A stretch of 64,000 nt of DNA from Octopus bimaculoides (taxonomy: Eukaryota). Positions within the stretch are counted from its first letter, which is position 1. Every line of letters begins with the position of its first letter. The notes below the pieces were generated by a model. That model searched no databases, had not been told where the DNA came from, and saw only the letters and a program-made list of their open reading frames with translations. The stretch covers positions 19,031,946-19,095,945 of the forward strand of contig NC_068990.1 in the NCBI RefSeq assembly GCF_001194135.2, in the 5' to 3' direction. Both the position numbers and the translations under genes were made by a program. Of this stretch, positions 36,911-50,191 are shown piece after piece.

Positions 36911-38425
36911 AAAAGATAATAAATAAACGATAAAATAAATATGTGTTTATATATATATATATATATATNNNNNNNNNNNNNNNNNNNNNNNNNNNNNNNN
37001 NNNNNNNNNNNNNNNNNNNNNNNNNNNNNNNNNNNNNNNNNNNNNNNNNNNNNNNNNNNNNNNNNNNNNNNNNNNNNNNNNNNNNNNNNNNNNNNNNNNN
37101 NNNNNNNNNNNNNNNNNNNNNNNNNNNNNNNNNNNNNNNNNNNNNNNNNNNNNNNNNNNNNNNNNNNNNNNNNNNNNNNNNNNNNNNNNNNNNNNNNNNN
37201 NNNNNNNNNNNNNNNNNNNNNNNNNNNNNNNNNNNNNNNNNNNNNNNNNNNNNNNNNNNNNNNNNNNNNNNNNNNNNNNNNNNNNNNNNNNNNNNNNNNN
37301 NNNNNNNNNNNNNNNNNNNNNNNNNNNNNNNNNNNNNNNNNNNNNNNNNNNNNNNNNNNNNNNNNNNNNNNNNNNNNNNNNNNNNNNNNNNNNNNNNNNN
37401 NNNNNNNNNNNNNNNNNNNNNNNNNNNNNNNNNNNNNNNNNNNNNNNNNNNNNNNNNNNNNNNNNNNNNNNNNNNNNNNNNNNNNNNNNNNNNNNNNNNN
37501 NNNNNNNNNNNNNNNNNNNNNNNNNNNNNNNNNNNNNNNNNNNNNNNNNNNNNNNNNNNNNNNNNNNNNNNNNNNNNNNNNNNNNNNNNNNNNNNNNNNN
37601 NNNNNNNNNNNNNNNNNNNNNNNNNNNNNNNNNNNNNNNNNNNNNNNNNNNNNNNNNNNNNNNNNNNNNNNNNNNNNNNNNNNNNNNNNNNNNNNNNNNN
37701 NNNNNNNNNNNNNNNNNNNNNNNNNNNNNNNNNNNNNNNNNNNNNNNNNNNNNNNNNNNNNNNNNNNNNNNNNNNNNNNNNNNNNNNNNNNNNNNNNNNN
37801 NNNNNNTATATATATATATATATATATATATGCGTGTCTGTGTGTATGAGAGCGTGTTTAACTTATTTCATTGCTCTGAAAATAGATGCACATATTTTAA
37901 AATATGAACGACTTCTATATATTATTATAGTCTGTAACTTTCCAGGATACTGAATCTTTCAATATTATTTCCGATAAACATTAAATACTAATGTCTCGAA
38001 CATCAGCCAAATTCTTACAATAGATTTCTTCAATAAAGTGAATGGATTTTTTTTTTGATTGCAACAAACTACATACGTTACCCTTTACAACTTTTATTAA
38101 CAGTCCTCTGTAGAGGTCGCCCAGTAAAATGTATTTATGTTACATCATAATGGGATTTTCCATCATCGTGTATATACACGTAAACACAGACACTATTCTT
38201 ACATCTATTATAGATATTAATTCTAGTAGACAGCAGAAGCTTTTTGATAAAATAACCAGGGTCAGTAGTGCTAGACAACTGTTTAAATTCATTAGCTCAA
38301 ATATTCTTGAGATATGATAATGCATAAATAGGTATTTGATTCGATGCCAAAGACAGGAATTTTGTCAGAGCCAAAACAAAACACAACTACAGCAACGATA
38401 ACAATATAAATGATGATGATTATAC

Positions 38426-38462
<37 letters not shown>

Positions 38463-38926
38463 CTCAATGAGACTGTATTATGAAAGATCACTTCTAAATC
38501 ATACCTAATATAAATTGTTAAATCTCGTTTCATATTTTGAATTCTTTCCAATAAAAATGAGAAATAGAATAATTAAATGTAAAACGTAAAAAGAAAGAAA
38601 AACAAGAAAAAAGATAACCCGATAATCAAAACAAAATTCTTATCAGAGATTTCTTAACTGTTCAAAATGGCAGGTATGAACACAGAACTTATATGGTGTT
38701 AAAAAAAAAATAATGAACCATTGAAAACTTTATTGTATAATGTTGTTCTATGACATATGCTCGTATTACTAGCCGTCAGTATCGAACATAGTTTCATAAA
38801 AATGGTATTGTCTCCCTCTCTGTGTCTGTGTCAGTCTGTCTGTGTCTGTCTGTGTCTGTCTGTCTATGTATCTGACTCTGTCACTGTCTGTCTGTCTGTC
38901 TGCCTCTCACTCTCTCTCTCTCTCTC

Positions 38927-38967
<41 letters not shown>

Positions 38968-39410
38968 NNNNNNNNNNNNNNNNNNNNNNNNNNNNNNNNN
39001 NNNNNNNNNNNNNNNNNNNNNNNNNNNNNNNNNNNNNNNNNNNNNNNNNNNNNNNNNNNNNNNNNNNNNNNNNNNNNNNNNNNNNNNNNNNNNNNNNNNN
39101 NNNNNNNNNNNNNNNNNNNNNNNNNNNNNNNNNNNNNNNNNNNNNNNNNNNNNNNNNNNNNNNNNNNNNNNNNNNNNNNNNNNNNNNNNNNNNNNNNNNN
39201 NNNNNNNNNNNNNNNNNNNNNNNNNNNNNNNNNNNNNNNNNNNNNNNNNNNNNNNNNNNNNNNNNNNNNNNNNNNNNNNNNNNNNNNNNNNNNNNNNNNN
39301 NNNNNNNNNNNNNNNNNNNNNNNNNNNNNNNNNNNNNNNNNNNNNNNNNNNNNNNNNNNNNNNNNNNNNNNNNNNNNNNNNNNNNNNNNNNNNNNNNNNN
39401 NNNNNNNNNN

Positions 39411-39467
<57 letters not shown>

Positions 39468-39656
39468 CATATGTGTACATAATATATATATATATATATA
39501 TATACATGCGTGTAGGTGTGTTTAAACATATGTAGGTAATATATATACATAATTGTACATATATAGTTATATGTGCGTAACTACCTATATCTTTATATAC
39601 ATATATATGTATATATATAAATACATACATACACACACACACAAACACACACACAC

Positions 39657-39703
<47 letters not shown>

Positions 39704-39717
39704 TGTGTATCTGTGTG

Positions 39718-39776
<59 letters not shown>

Positions 39777-40049
39777 TTCTACGTTTGAGTTCCTGTATGA
39801 ATATATGTAATTCGTATTTATATGCATTTATTAAGAGCGTCACAATTTTGTTATTTGCAAATGTATCTACCAGCTGGAAGTTGAACAAGGTTTAGATTAG
39901 CAATGATATGGGAAATCTGTGATGGTTTTTGTGTATTTAACGAACTCCCTGATTTAACAAAATCCGTGTTTCAACGAAATCTGTGATGCTTTTGCTTATT
40001 TAGCGAAAACTTGCCTCCGTTAAAAAGAAATAAACAAATTAACAAAAAA

Positions 40050-40745
40050 AAATTATGAATGTAATAGCATCATCATCATCATCATCATCATCATTATTGT
40101 CTTGTTATTTTGTTTGTTGTTATTGTAATATACGACTTGACTCTGGTTTGGTCTTATTCTTGGTTGAATTCATGTGTAGCTTTTACTAATCTTATATAGC
40201 CTTGGGTACCTACAAGCTTTCAATAATCTTTGAGGTGCTTTCAATAATCCTGATATTTCCTGTTCCTAAAAGGCAAACATTCTGTAAAAGCTCTACAGGG
40301 CATTCCATTCCAGTCCTCTTCAACTATTTTCCTATATCATTACAATGTTTTTTTTTTAAACCACTCACTCGAATTTTGCAGTTATGATTGCGCTTATATT
40401 TCCTTTGTGCAAGGAAACTGCACTCACTGAAAATTTGATTGATACTCCCGTCTCCTTTCCTACAGATTCTTGATTTGCGGTCTGACTGAGTTTTGTCGAT
40501 CTTTCTCTTTGTATAATTTGTTGTAAGAGTTTGTTCTTGAGAGGCTATAATTAGCGTCCATGTCTCTCGTTTCAAATTCCTGAGCAGCAAAGAAATCCAG
40601 TGATCTTTAATTCCAACATTCCCAGTTTGTTGCACGAATTGACCATGTAGTTCCATTTCTTTCTGTTTCTTTATTGTTTCAGTCTCTCTATTCTCTTTGA
40701 ATTGTTCTACTGTTTCCATCACGGTTTGGGTATTTCTGGATTTAG
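40050..40745 (-). mobile_element. 3' end of an R4/Dong-clade non-LTR retrotransposon, nuclease region deleted, with (AAT)/(GAT)n tail
   Basis: ELHGQF..LKRET..LIIASQEQTLTTNY..IDK..K(S)RIC..SINQIFSECSFLAQRKYKRNHN (degenerate CCHC region), then ELLQNVCLLGT C-terminus and a trinucleotide tail. Confidence 0.85.
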
Positions 40746-41578
40746 AAAGTATTTTTCTTTACACTCAACAACATATCACAATACTAACAGTGCCGTCTGC
40801 GTTTATTAATTTATGCAAGTAAATTTTAAAAAGAAATTAGTTCAGAAATGACAAAAAAAGAACACGGAGTATGTGAGGACCAATGTGATTATAAAATTTA
40901 CATCTGTTATTAAACATACTTGAGTATATATTGCAGTAACTTTGGTGTACACTTTTGCTAGTCTGAGTAATATTATAAGATATGGCTTACATAACAAAAT
41001 TGATACTTGTATCAAATTTCTTGATACAAAATGATGAAATGAATTCTAATTTTCGAACAAACAATATTTATTACTTCAGAATTAGATTAAATTAAATATT
41101 TTTTTCGTTTTTTATATTTGCAATAGATATATGTTATTATTGTTTTTTTTTTGTTTAGTTTTTTTGTCCATTTTTTCAATTTGATTAGCATAGTAGAAAT
41201 CTTGTCCATTGAAAACATCTGCAATATTTCAGTAGAAGTGTATTTTTGGAACGTTATCATTGCCTGCAGCTCAAACTATTATATACAACCATGCTGCACG
41301 ATGTATATTAACTGTCTCTGTAGCTCTTTTGTACTCTCTGTTTTGCCCACTGCCTAATGCATGATTAGAGAAATTAACAAACCAACGATACACAAAATCC
41401 AATGATGGACGAACATTATTTGCTTACGCCATTCATTTTTATAGTTAAATGAATAGGCTTATAGATAAGGTTTTGATTATCTGCGGACGGACACACACAC
41501 AAACACATAAACACACGCATACACACACATGCACACATAAACACACAAACACACACAGGAAAATGTTTGTGAAATATG

Positions 41579-41795
41579 GAGAGGCACATGGATTAGTGGT
41601 GAGAGTGTGGGCTTCATGATCGTAAGATTGTGGTTTCGATTCCTAGACCGGGTGATACGTTGTGTTCTTTAACAAAACACTTCGTTTCACATTACTCCAC
41701 GCTACAAGTGAACATGAGTAATCTTACGACGGCCCAGCGTCCTGTCCAGAGAGGAATATATATATACGTCAGAGAAACCGGGAAACCGGCACGAC
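41579..41795 (+). mobile_element. tRNA-derived SINE family 3 (A/B boxes plus conserved-core-type body)
   Basis: A-box tggattagtgg 41589-41599, B-box gtttcgattcc 41633-41643, then ttgtgttctttaacaaaacactt and gacggcccagcgtcctgtccag segments. Confidence 0.75.
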
Positions 41796-42036
41796 ACTCC
41801 TTACAGAGCATGTAGACTAGCTATATGTAAATATAAAATCCGGTTAGTATCATTTGCTCCGTATGATATTCTGGCTTTTTACATCCTCGGCTACGGGATT
41901 TCATTGTGAAACTGGATGTAGATCTACAAAAAGTCTTCAGGAGAACATTCTTTATATAATACTTATTTGCATTTGTGTATGAGGTGTTTGTGTTCGTTCC
42001 TTCGCGTTTGCGAGGGCGTGCCTCTATGCATATTTA

Positions 42037-42087
<51 letters not shown>

Positions 42088-42199
42088 ATTTTGATGTTAT
42101 GTCCCAAAATAATATTGGTCTATGATTTATGAACGGTAATCCGATAATATTTGCATTAAATGTTGACATTTCAAAATGCTTGGCTGTTGAATTAAAAGA

Positions 42200-42365
42200 A
42201 TCAATAGAGGGACGGGTGAAATACCATGTATTATTTCATTATACCTCTTTGTCTGTTGAGCATAAATCTTGCCAAGGTCGGTTTTACCTTTCATCTTTAC
42301 TGGATGGATGCCGCGAGCATCCAGCGAAAGTATGTTTCAATGTAATTGACCACAACATTCCCTCT
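42200..42365 (+). mobile_element. Very degenerate SINE family 1 copy
   Basis: ttgagcataaatcttgccaaggtcggttttacctttcatctttac aligns to ctgagttcaaattccgccgaggtcgactttgcctttcatcctttc. Confidence 0.5.
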
Positions 42366-44452
42366 AAATGTAAGGCTTCGCAATCCATTTTAGAAATTCC
42401 TATGTAAGTGTCCACCCATGCGTTACTATGAAAATATTTGATTTTTCTTATGTTTACAGTTATGATGTTTTATAATTTCTTGCTGCAACATTATTGAGAT
42501 GCTGATATATTTGGATAATTGATGCTATACGTTACACCTGTTTCATTTTGAAATGTTAACCGATATTTGGTATCCGTACATGATAAAACTCGTTTGTTTA
42601 GGGTTATATTTATTTATTTCATTTTCGATGCTATTAAATGATTATTCCAAATCTAGCAGAACATGAGTATCTGTTACGCAAGATAAAATGTTTCCTCTTT
42701 CAATACATATAATTGCAATAATGACAGCGTTCTTTAGTATGCATGCCTTATCTTGTATTGTTATAAAAGCCTTTCTCCTCACACAAAAACATTCTCGATG
42801 CAGATATGATTCCATTCAGTATTAACATTGATATCATATAAATTCTCATCTCACTTTAAGCATGGTTTGTGAAACTCGCTTCCTGTTCGCATGATTCTAT
42901 ATATTGTATTGTTTCTTTTTTTATATAAAAAAAAGACATATATAGTTATATATGGGTTTTTAAGCCATCAGATATATATCCTGTTGATATGAATGCTGAA
43001 ATCGCTAGCAAATGTCAAATGTGCAATTCATTTTTAAAGATATTTAAAGGGATAAATTTGAATATTGAAGGCACCAAATAGTAATACGTACCACCAATTG
43101 ACTGGTGTTCTTATTACTCTTGAGCCCCAGGATATCTTTTACAGACTAGGAAAATGCCGTTGGGAAGTAAACTTCTTACGACTCAGCCACGGTTCCACCT
43201 ATGCGGCAATATGAATTGTATCACTTTTCACTTTGATATACACATCCATGATAAACCTAATGGTATATACTCACGAAAATCTCCATCACAAATACACGCA
43301 CACATATAAAATTACATATATTTCTCAGTTATCCACTGAGAAAGTTTATATCACTCATTTGTTCTAAGATGTCGTCCTATACTTTGGAGGGACCTTTAAC
43401 AAAATCCAATCTGTTCCAACATCTCTGTAACTCAGGAGCCTCGATGTCACAGAAAACGTTAATAAGATCTCTTCTTTTCGTCAGCAAATGTTTTGATGAC
43501 TCTCTTTTAAGTAAAATACGCTAAAAGTGCTTTTTCGTGAAAAATCCGCAGGCGCAACTGAAGGTAAATATTGCTGTTATTACTAACAGGGAAAAAGTAT
43601 CACAAAGAAGCTTCAGCTTTGATTCTTATCATGAACTGATACATCCAACAGTTCCTTATGTTGCAAAAAAAAAAAAACCCTGCTATTATTAATATCACTT
43701 CTTAGAAATATAAATATATTAAAATTAAATTTTTATTTCAAATAAATGGAAGATAAAAACTGAAACTTATATGGCAGTTTTTTTTTTCAAATCTTTTGGC
43801 TTACTTCTATATATTTCCCAATATAAGAATACATAAAAAAAATTCAATTAGCAATCATTTCAAACTAAATAAGTTATTACTAATTTAATAAACATACTTT
43901 TAAGAGAAAGAACGAAATTTGAAATACTGCAATATTTCTACATAATATACTAAAATTTCTAATTTATTCTTCTTAATTTTTAAGTGAATATACTCACATT
44001 TGAAAATGGAAATTATCAGATATGGTAATTGACTAGGCGTAAAAATATTCTCTACAGAGTTGGTATAGTCGATTGCTTGTCGAGTCGAGACGATATTAAC
44101 TGGTACAGTCATTGATATCTTAATTAGCAAATAAAATTCTGATTATGGCGTTATGGTAGGAATTGATTACAGAAGATAGTAAGACTAATATTAAGGTTGC
44201 ACGTCATATAACTTGGCAAGATTGTAAGAAAATCTGCCGATCTTTATCCAAATCAGGGTTTTGTTTATGATTTCATGTTGCGTGTGTGCGTGTGTGTGTG
44301 TGTGTGTGAGTGTGTGTGTGTGTGTGTGCGCGCGCATACTCATACACATGGGTATGCAACGGCAAGTAATAATACATTAAAATATAAATTCAATCCACAG
44401 ATATATATTCTTATTACTACATACATACAGATACATATACATGCATGCACAG

Positions 44453-44533
<81 letters not shown>

Positions 44534-44734
44534 TATTTTTATATATAAAGTACAGACTTACTTGCTAAAAGGACGTGTGCGTTCAATAATGTAATAATAC
44601 AAAGAATATATATGCATGTATACACACATATATGTACATACTTACATCTACATGTGTATATAGATGCATAACCATGCATATATATCTATACATACATACT
44701 TACACACACACACACATACATACATATATAGTTT

Positions 44735-44795
44735 AAAGTGCTATGCAGTGGCAGTGAACAAGGAACGATGTGGTTGGGAACCACACAGCCACGTT
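44735..44795 (-). mobile_element. SINE family 2 tRNA-like head (deleted); another remnant at 43160-43195
   Basis: Minus strand: gtggctgtgtggttcccaaccacatcgttccttgttcactgccactgcatagcactt. Confidence 0.5.
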
Positions 44796-45214
44796 TGACC
44801 CTTATTCGAGTTGAATTGATTTTTAAAATTTTATGAACACATCCATTATACATTAACATATACATGACTATATATACTTACAAATATCTGCACAGACACA
44901 CGCACACACATGTAAAGCTATTTATATATCTATATCTGTATGTTACATGTTATTACTGAGACATGTGCAGACGTTTAAGCACCTCGGAAACGTATTTAAC
45001 CGTTAATGGAAAGCAGGAAGCTGAATCAGATCCTAGAATTGAATGATGCTGGCGCAATAACGAGCCAGATCTAGCATTCTGCCCTTAGATGTGTTGAGGT
45101 TGGCAACGAAAATCCCCATTCTCTATTTCAGTTCGGTTTTCCTGCTCTGTCTCAGCTACAGTTATGAATATTTGGTGATTAGTGAAAGTATACGATCGCA
45201 GATACGACTGGTCA

Positions 45215-45520
45215 CAACGGTGTTCTTCGTAAGAACCATTTGAGCAACGTTAGCCGACAGGCTTCGTAGTTCAGAGATCAGCGTGTCTCCTCAAGTGGAG
45301 ACGTTGCTTTTCTACATTGTGAGGTACGAATGACATGTGATTAGAATGTCGCTAGACGGATTCTTCCAGCAGAGCAAAACCAGCAGGAAACATAAAGGCA
45401 GGAAAAGATGCTTAGATAATATCTATAGTCTTAGTTTATAATGTTTCAGAATCCAACTGGAAAGTCTTATGACAGGCCCCTATGGAGGAGCTGCTTCAGG
45501 TTTCTACCACACGACCCTTT
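45215..45520 (+). mobile_element. Decayed RTE-clade LINE, C-terminus of ORF
   Basis: VETLL..RY.*HVIRM..KGRKRCLDNI..IQLESL..DRPLWRSC matches the RTE (G)HVxRM..GRxRKRWxD..DRxxWR end. Confidence 0.6.
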
Positions 45521-46454
45521 CAGGAAGAGTGGGTGGAGAAGATGGAAGAATGAATGTATATATTGCATGTTATACTGAATCTTATAAACAATAAGCAAAC
45601 CACACAATTTATTTTGATATCTCTATTGCATAGAATAAAAATCTAGACAGAAAAAAAATAGAGATAATTTGAATGAACACTGAATAAATTGTATAGAAAA
45701 TATCAAATAAAATGTATTGAATAGAATATGTTATTGTTTTGAGTCTAAGTGGACATTTTTCATTCTCTCCAAATTGCATAATTTCATTAAAAAATAATAA
45801 TGCTGAGATGAAATTACAACTAGCCCTTAACCAGATCGCATTGAGAGCAACTGTTTTCTCATAACTTTTTAGAAGCCGTGAAACACTTCATACCGTTTTT
45901 GCATATTAGAAATTATATAAATGTAATTATTTTTGCTAGCTTCAGGTACATTGTAACGGGAACTAGTTTCAATGATTTGATAAATCTTATAAAATCTTAT
46001 CGAAACAAGTCAGTGGATATTCTAGCTTCGATTTTTAAAATTTGTTTGTTACGAAGATGTTTATCTGTCATAATCAATGAGGTGATAGTAGTTGTAACAT
46101 TTCTTAATATGCGAAACAAATATTGATGTAGCAGTCGTATTCTCGATTGTTTTGCTGTGTGTAAATGATGCATGTTACAGGGATGGAGGGAGAGGGAGGG
46201 ATGGAGGGAGAGGGANNNNNNNNNNNNNNNNNNNNNNNNNNACAGAGAGCGAGAAATATATGTTGATAATGTATGGTAAATTATGATTCATTACAAAAGT
46301 ATATTTCTATTAAGCGAGCTCAATTATTTGCAGAGCGGGAGAATTTAAGGTAATTTTGCATAAAAGAACTGACATCTTTGTTTAAAACTTTGGAAGAAGA
46401 GCATGTGATGTAAGATGTTTTAACAGTGACAAAGCTCAATTGAAATCATCTGAG

Positions 46455-46765
46455 CGTGTCCATTGACCTCTCAACAATACTCTACATGTGGAGCATTGTT
46501 GAGAGAAGGGTCAATGAACACGCTCATAACACCAAAGATTCTTTAGTTAGAGTAATGTCCAAAATGAGCCGGAGCACTCGATTCGAAGATGTAGATGATT
46601 TAGATTTCATATTGAAGCAGTTGTTGCAGCTGAAGGTGGCTTTATTGTATAACATTATAGAAAAGGTTTATTTTTATCCTCATAGCATTTTTTGATAAAT
46701 AAAGTTATTATCTGCTATTATATAAACATAAATCTGTATCAAATATCTTACGCACACTCTGTGTG
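46455..46765 (+). mobile_element. Tc1/mariner transposase C-terminal remnant plus right TIR
   Basis: SIDLSTILYMWSIVERRVNEHAHNTKDSL..VRVMSKM..IEAVVAAEGGFIV* (cf. SPDLNPLDYxVWxxxE..EAVxxAEGGFIE), then a TIR-like atcttacgcacactctgt. Confidence 0.75.
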
Positions 46766-46781
46766 TGTGTGNNNNNNNNNN

Positions 46782-46851
<70 letters not shown>

Positions 46852-48260
46852 AGTTTGTATGTTTATTTATGTTTGTGTGTGTGTGTGTGTGTCTATTTGA
46901 GAAGGTGTCATTACATTTTGCATTGTGTTTCTTAATTATAAAAACAAAACAACACCGTTGTCTTCTATGTCCCTTGGAGTGCTTGAGCGTTATTTGTGGT
47001 AGATCGAATAATATCATCGAAATTTCCATCGAGTTTGAATTTTCTTCTATCTAAAGTTCCTTCATGTGAAAGTGCGACAGTAAATTAATGAGTTCCGTTA
47101 TAAATTTCCCTAGATGTGCTCCGTGAGTATTGCAAAGTATTCGAATATAAAGTTTCTTATGCATTTGTGTTGTCGTTAATTTTCTTTTCTCTATGATTCG
47201 ATGATATATGTTGAGATAGAGAGAACAATAAATAAGAAAATTCTAATGAAAAATCTGAATTTATAACCTCTGAGTGGCTGAACTAATGGTGTTGGCTTTC
47301 CAGCGTCTTGATTTAACAATTAGCGAATAGGACATTTTCTCCAGAGACAACACTTCAGCATTCTCTATAAATACCTATTTCACAAACGGTTTTAAATAGA
47401 CAACAAAACTCTTAAACAATACCCGTACGAATCGAAAATACGTTGCAATCACGTCCATAAAATACAACATCCACGTTAATCAAGTCAAATATAGCATAAT
47501 GTTCTATGCTTTACGTATATGGATTAGAAAGGCCTAGTCTAAGTGCTACATGTAGTTTACAAATATGAGTAATAAAGAATATACGATTTGTAAGACGTAA
47601 ATACGGAATCAATGTTTATTTCCAAGATATTTGTCTGTTATTTATTCCCCATGTTTAACCATATAAAAATCATTGTTGCAATTATTGCTGACGTCTGAAA
47701 TTTATACACGTCGACGACTCAAGTAATTTTTAGAAGGACAATACATTTCCGATACGTTCTAACAATCTAAACTTTATTATGAAAAATATTAAACGTATAC
47801 TTCATCATAATAGCGCTAGGTGTTCGGACAGCTGTCAACATTTACTTATATTGTCTGTGCAGTAAAAAGGGAAAGTACACACTAAAATAAGAAAATAAAC
47901 CACACAAAATATTTGAAAAATATCGACATCGACATTCGAGTCCTAACTGTTATAAAAAGGAAATCAGACAATGATCTGTCTTGGTGAAGGTGATGGTGTT
48001 AATTGCAGTGATTTCATACATTGGCACAATGTAATACATTTATAGGGAACGACTACTGTCAATTACATAGAGACTTGTGTATTATTTATAAGCGATTTTA
48101 TAACCCCACAGGGGAGAATGATAAATGAATGAATTTGAACAGAAATAATAGTACGTTATTAGATTGTCACAAGGCCAAAAACTAGATCTATTTTATTGAG
48201 AGCTCAAAACTAGTTATTTTTTTTTACATATTTTCTATCCACTGGCACAAGGCCTATACT

Positions 48261-48458
48261 ACTGGCACAAGGCCTGCATTATAGATTGGGGAGGAGGCAT
48301 CGACCCCAGTATTTCACTGGTACTTATCTTATCGACCCCGGAAGGATGAAAGGTAACATCGACTTCGGCTGAATCTGAACTCAGAACGTAATAACGGATA
48401 AAATATGGATAAGCATTTTGCGCAGCGTGATAACGATTCTGCCAGCTTACCAACTTAA
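48261..48458 (-). mobile_element. SINE family 1 copy with a 20-bp tandem duplication at its tail (48241-48275)
   Basis: ggcacaaggcct..catcgaccccagta..ctgaactcagaacgta..taacgattctgccagct..ttaa. Confidence 0.85.
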
Positions 48459-48768
48459 TTAGGTGCCTTAATTCTGAACGTCCTGACACGTTGATCAGAA
48501 GATCCACCGTACCTCCAGATATAGGATATTCCTAAACGATGAGCCAGCTCACATGACTTGGGAAGATCCATAAGAAAAAACCCACATCTCATAATTGCCT
48601 AATCGTACAAGTGTCGGGTGTCTATATTGCTCTTCGGTGATTATCGCTTACGAAGTCATTTTGCTATCAAATGGTTTTGAAAATAGTTCAGTGATATTTG
48701 AAACGGGACTGTAAATACAAGTAACTAAACATCGCAATGAATGTTCTATATTTTAGAGATGAATTCTG

Positions 48769-48921
48769 TACATTATTTACATTGGACGGATATGTGTCCA
48801 CATCTTGTTGTTACAAAATTCAACCAAGACACCTGATGAAGGGTGGAGAGTAAATCAACCGAAATGTTGTGGTGACAACAAACAAGATGAGGATGCATAT
48901 CCGTCCAATGTAAATAATGTA
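48769..48921 (+). mobile_element. Solo PLE-type pLTR with hammerhead motif and an inverted copy of its own 3' end
   Basis: acac CUGAUGA A GGGUG..CAACC GAAAU GUU gug (48829-48871). Perfect 26-bp inverted repeat 48769-48794 / 48896-48921. Confidence 0.75.
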
Positions 48922-49039
48922 AATCATTAGTCTCTCCACATGTTCGGCCAATATACCTCCTTCGTAGCAAAGCTACTGACATAGTTAAACGCCTTTGTTT
49001 TCTGTGCAACATAATTCGTCAACTGTATTTCGCCGTTGT

Positions 49040-49279
49040 TCAGGAATCTTCTCTGACTTCCCTTTCCCGGGTCTTGCAGGTTTTGAATTTTAACGGATGT
49101 TTATTTTTCTAGGTTGGCGTGTGACCCTACGCAAAACCATTTTCGTTTGGGATAAGATATTTGTCTGGTTTGAATACTTTGACCTGACCAGCATGGAGGG
49201 CCCTACAAGGAAATTGCACTCCGCTGGTATAGCTCCCAGGGTCATTGAAGCACATAATCCGTAGCACTGCGACACGGCC
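49040..49279 (-). mobile_element. RTE-type LINE 5' UTR (structured)
   Basis: Minus strand caatgaccctgggagctataccagcggag..gtagggccctccatgctggtcaggtcaaag..ttgcgtagggtcacacgccaacctagaaaaa resembles RTE/Expander 5' UTRs (from memory) and folds GACC/GGUC, ACCAGC/GCUGGU, GGAG/CUCC. Confidence 0.55.
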
Positions 49280-49856
49280 ATTAACTTCTTGTGCTTAGAA
49301 CAATAGTAGTTATGGTAATTGATCTTAAGTAAATACATAATTACCTTTCTGCAGCCCACGCTATTATACAACTCAGCTTCCAGCATCTCCCCAAACACAC
49401 ACACACGTATCTAAAACATTTTTTTCTGTTTTGGCTTACAGCAAAACAAAAAAAAAAAAAAGAAACACCAAAGCAAAACACATTTAAAATGACGTTTTAT
49501 GTAAATGACTGTCAGTGTTTACTCTAGCAAGTAAATGACAATGATTAAATCTATATAATCCTGAATCGGACATTCCAACTATTTAATGATGTCGGTCGTC
49601 TTTTATTGCTTTCAAAGCTAAAGATGAAAGACATCTATAATTCGAATAAGAGAGGAAGTAAATCCTACTTTGTGTAATTTTACGGCACAATATATTTTCG
49701 TTCAAATGTCAGCCTTAGGATAGTTTTGGAATTAATTACTGGAATATCATGAACACAATTACGAAGGAGTACATACAACAAAGTTGAATGGTAGGAGCCA
49801 CGATTTTATTTCAGAAATATCTACAAAATATGCCATGTGGCGCGTTACTACATCTA

Positions 49857-50040
49857 CTGCTGCTGCTGCTGCTGTTACTACTACTACTACTACTACTGAT
49901 ACTACTACCTCCCACTTCCTCCCTTTTCCTCTCTCTACCACTCCTCGTTGATCACATGTGACCTGTGGACACCTCTTCCTTTCTCCATTCGGCCAGCTTG
50001 AAGGCAAGACGAACTACTGTCTCTCTCCGTTCAGGTTCGT
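49857..50040 (+). promoter_or_regulatory. Possible promoter or short first exon: (CTG)n(CTA)n, pyrimidine-rich tract, CACTTCC, E-box TCACATGTGA, then CAG|GTTCGT at 50035
   Basis: Motifs are seen, but there is no transcript evidence and the motifs are short. Confidence 0.2.
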
Positions 50041-50191
50041 CACATCACCTTGTTCAATATCTCATCGCGTTCGGCTTAACGTCCCTTAATGTTGTTTTCA
50101 CTGTTTAATTTTTCTTGTCTTGGTTTTTGTTTGCTACTTTGGAACCCTCCGCTTAGCAGGTTAATCCACTTCGCGGGAAGAGCTATTATAA

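Noticed and set aside
39910-40010. Short imperfect direct repeats (also 24165-24205 and 32975-33005) as CRISPR-like arrays
   Set aside because: Only two units each, in eukaryotic context with no cas genes; ordinary slippage duplications.
41579-41650. tRNA gene
   Set aside because: A/B boxes are present, but there is no cloverleaf or poly-T terminator and it continues into a SINE body.
43375-43530. Open minus-strand stretch RILLKRESSKHLL..CWNRLDF as a possible exon
   Set aside because: Weak splice signals, no recognisable homology, and a length expected by chance.
48773-49012. Track ORF containing YIGRT as a GIY-YIG candidate
   Set aside because: No upstream GIY-like motif or downstream R/H/E motifs, and the frame runs antisense through a pLTR.
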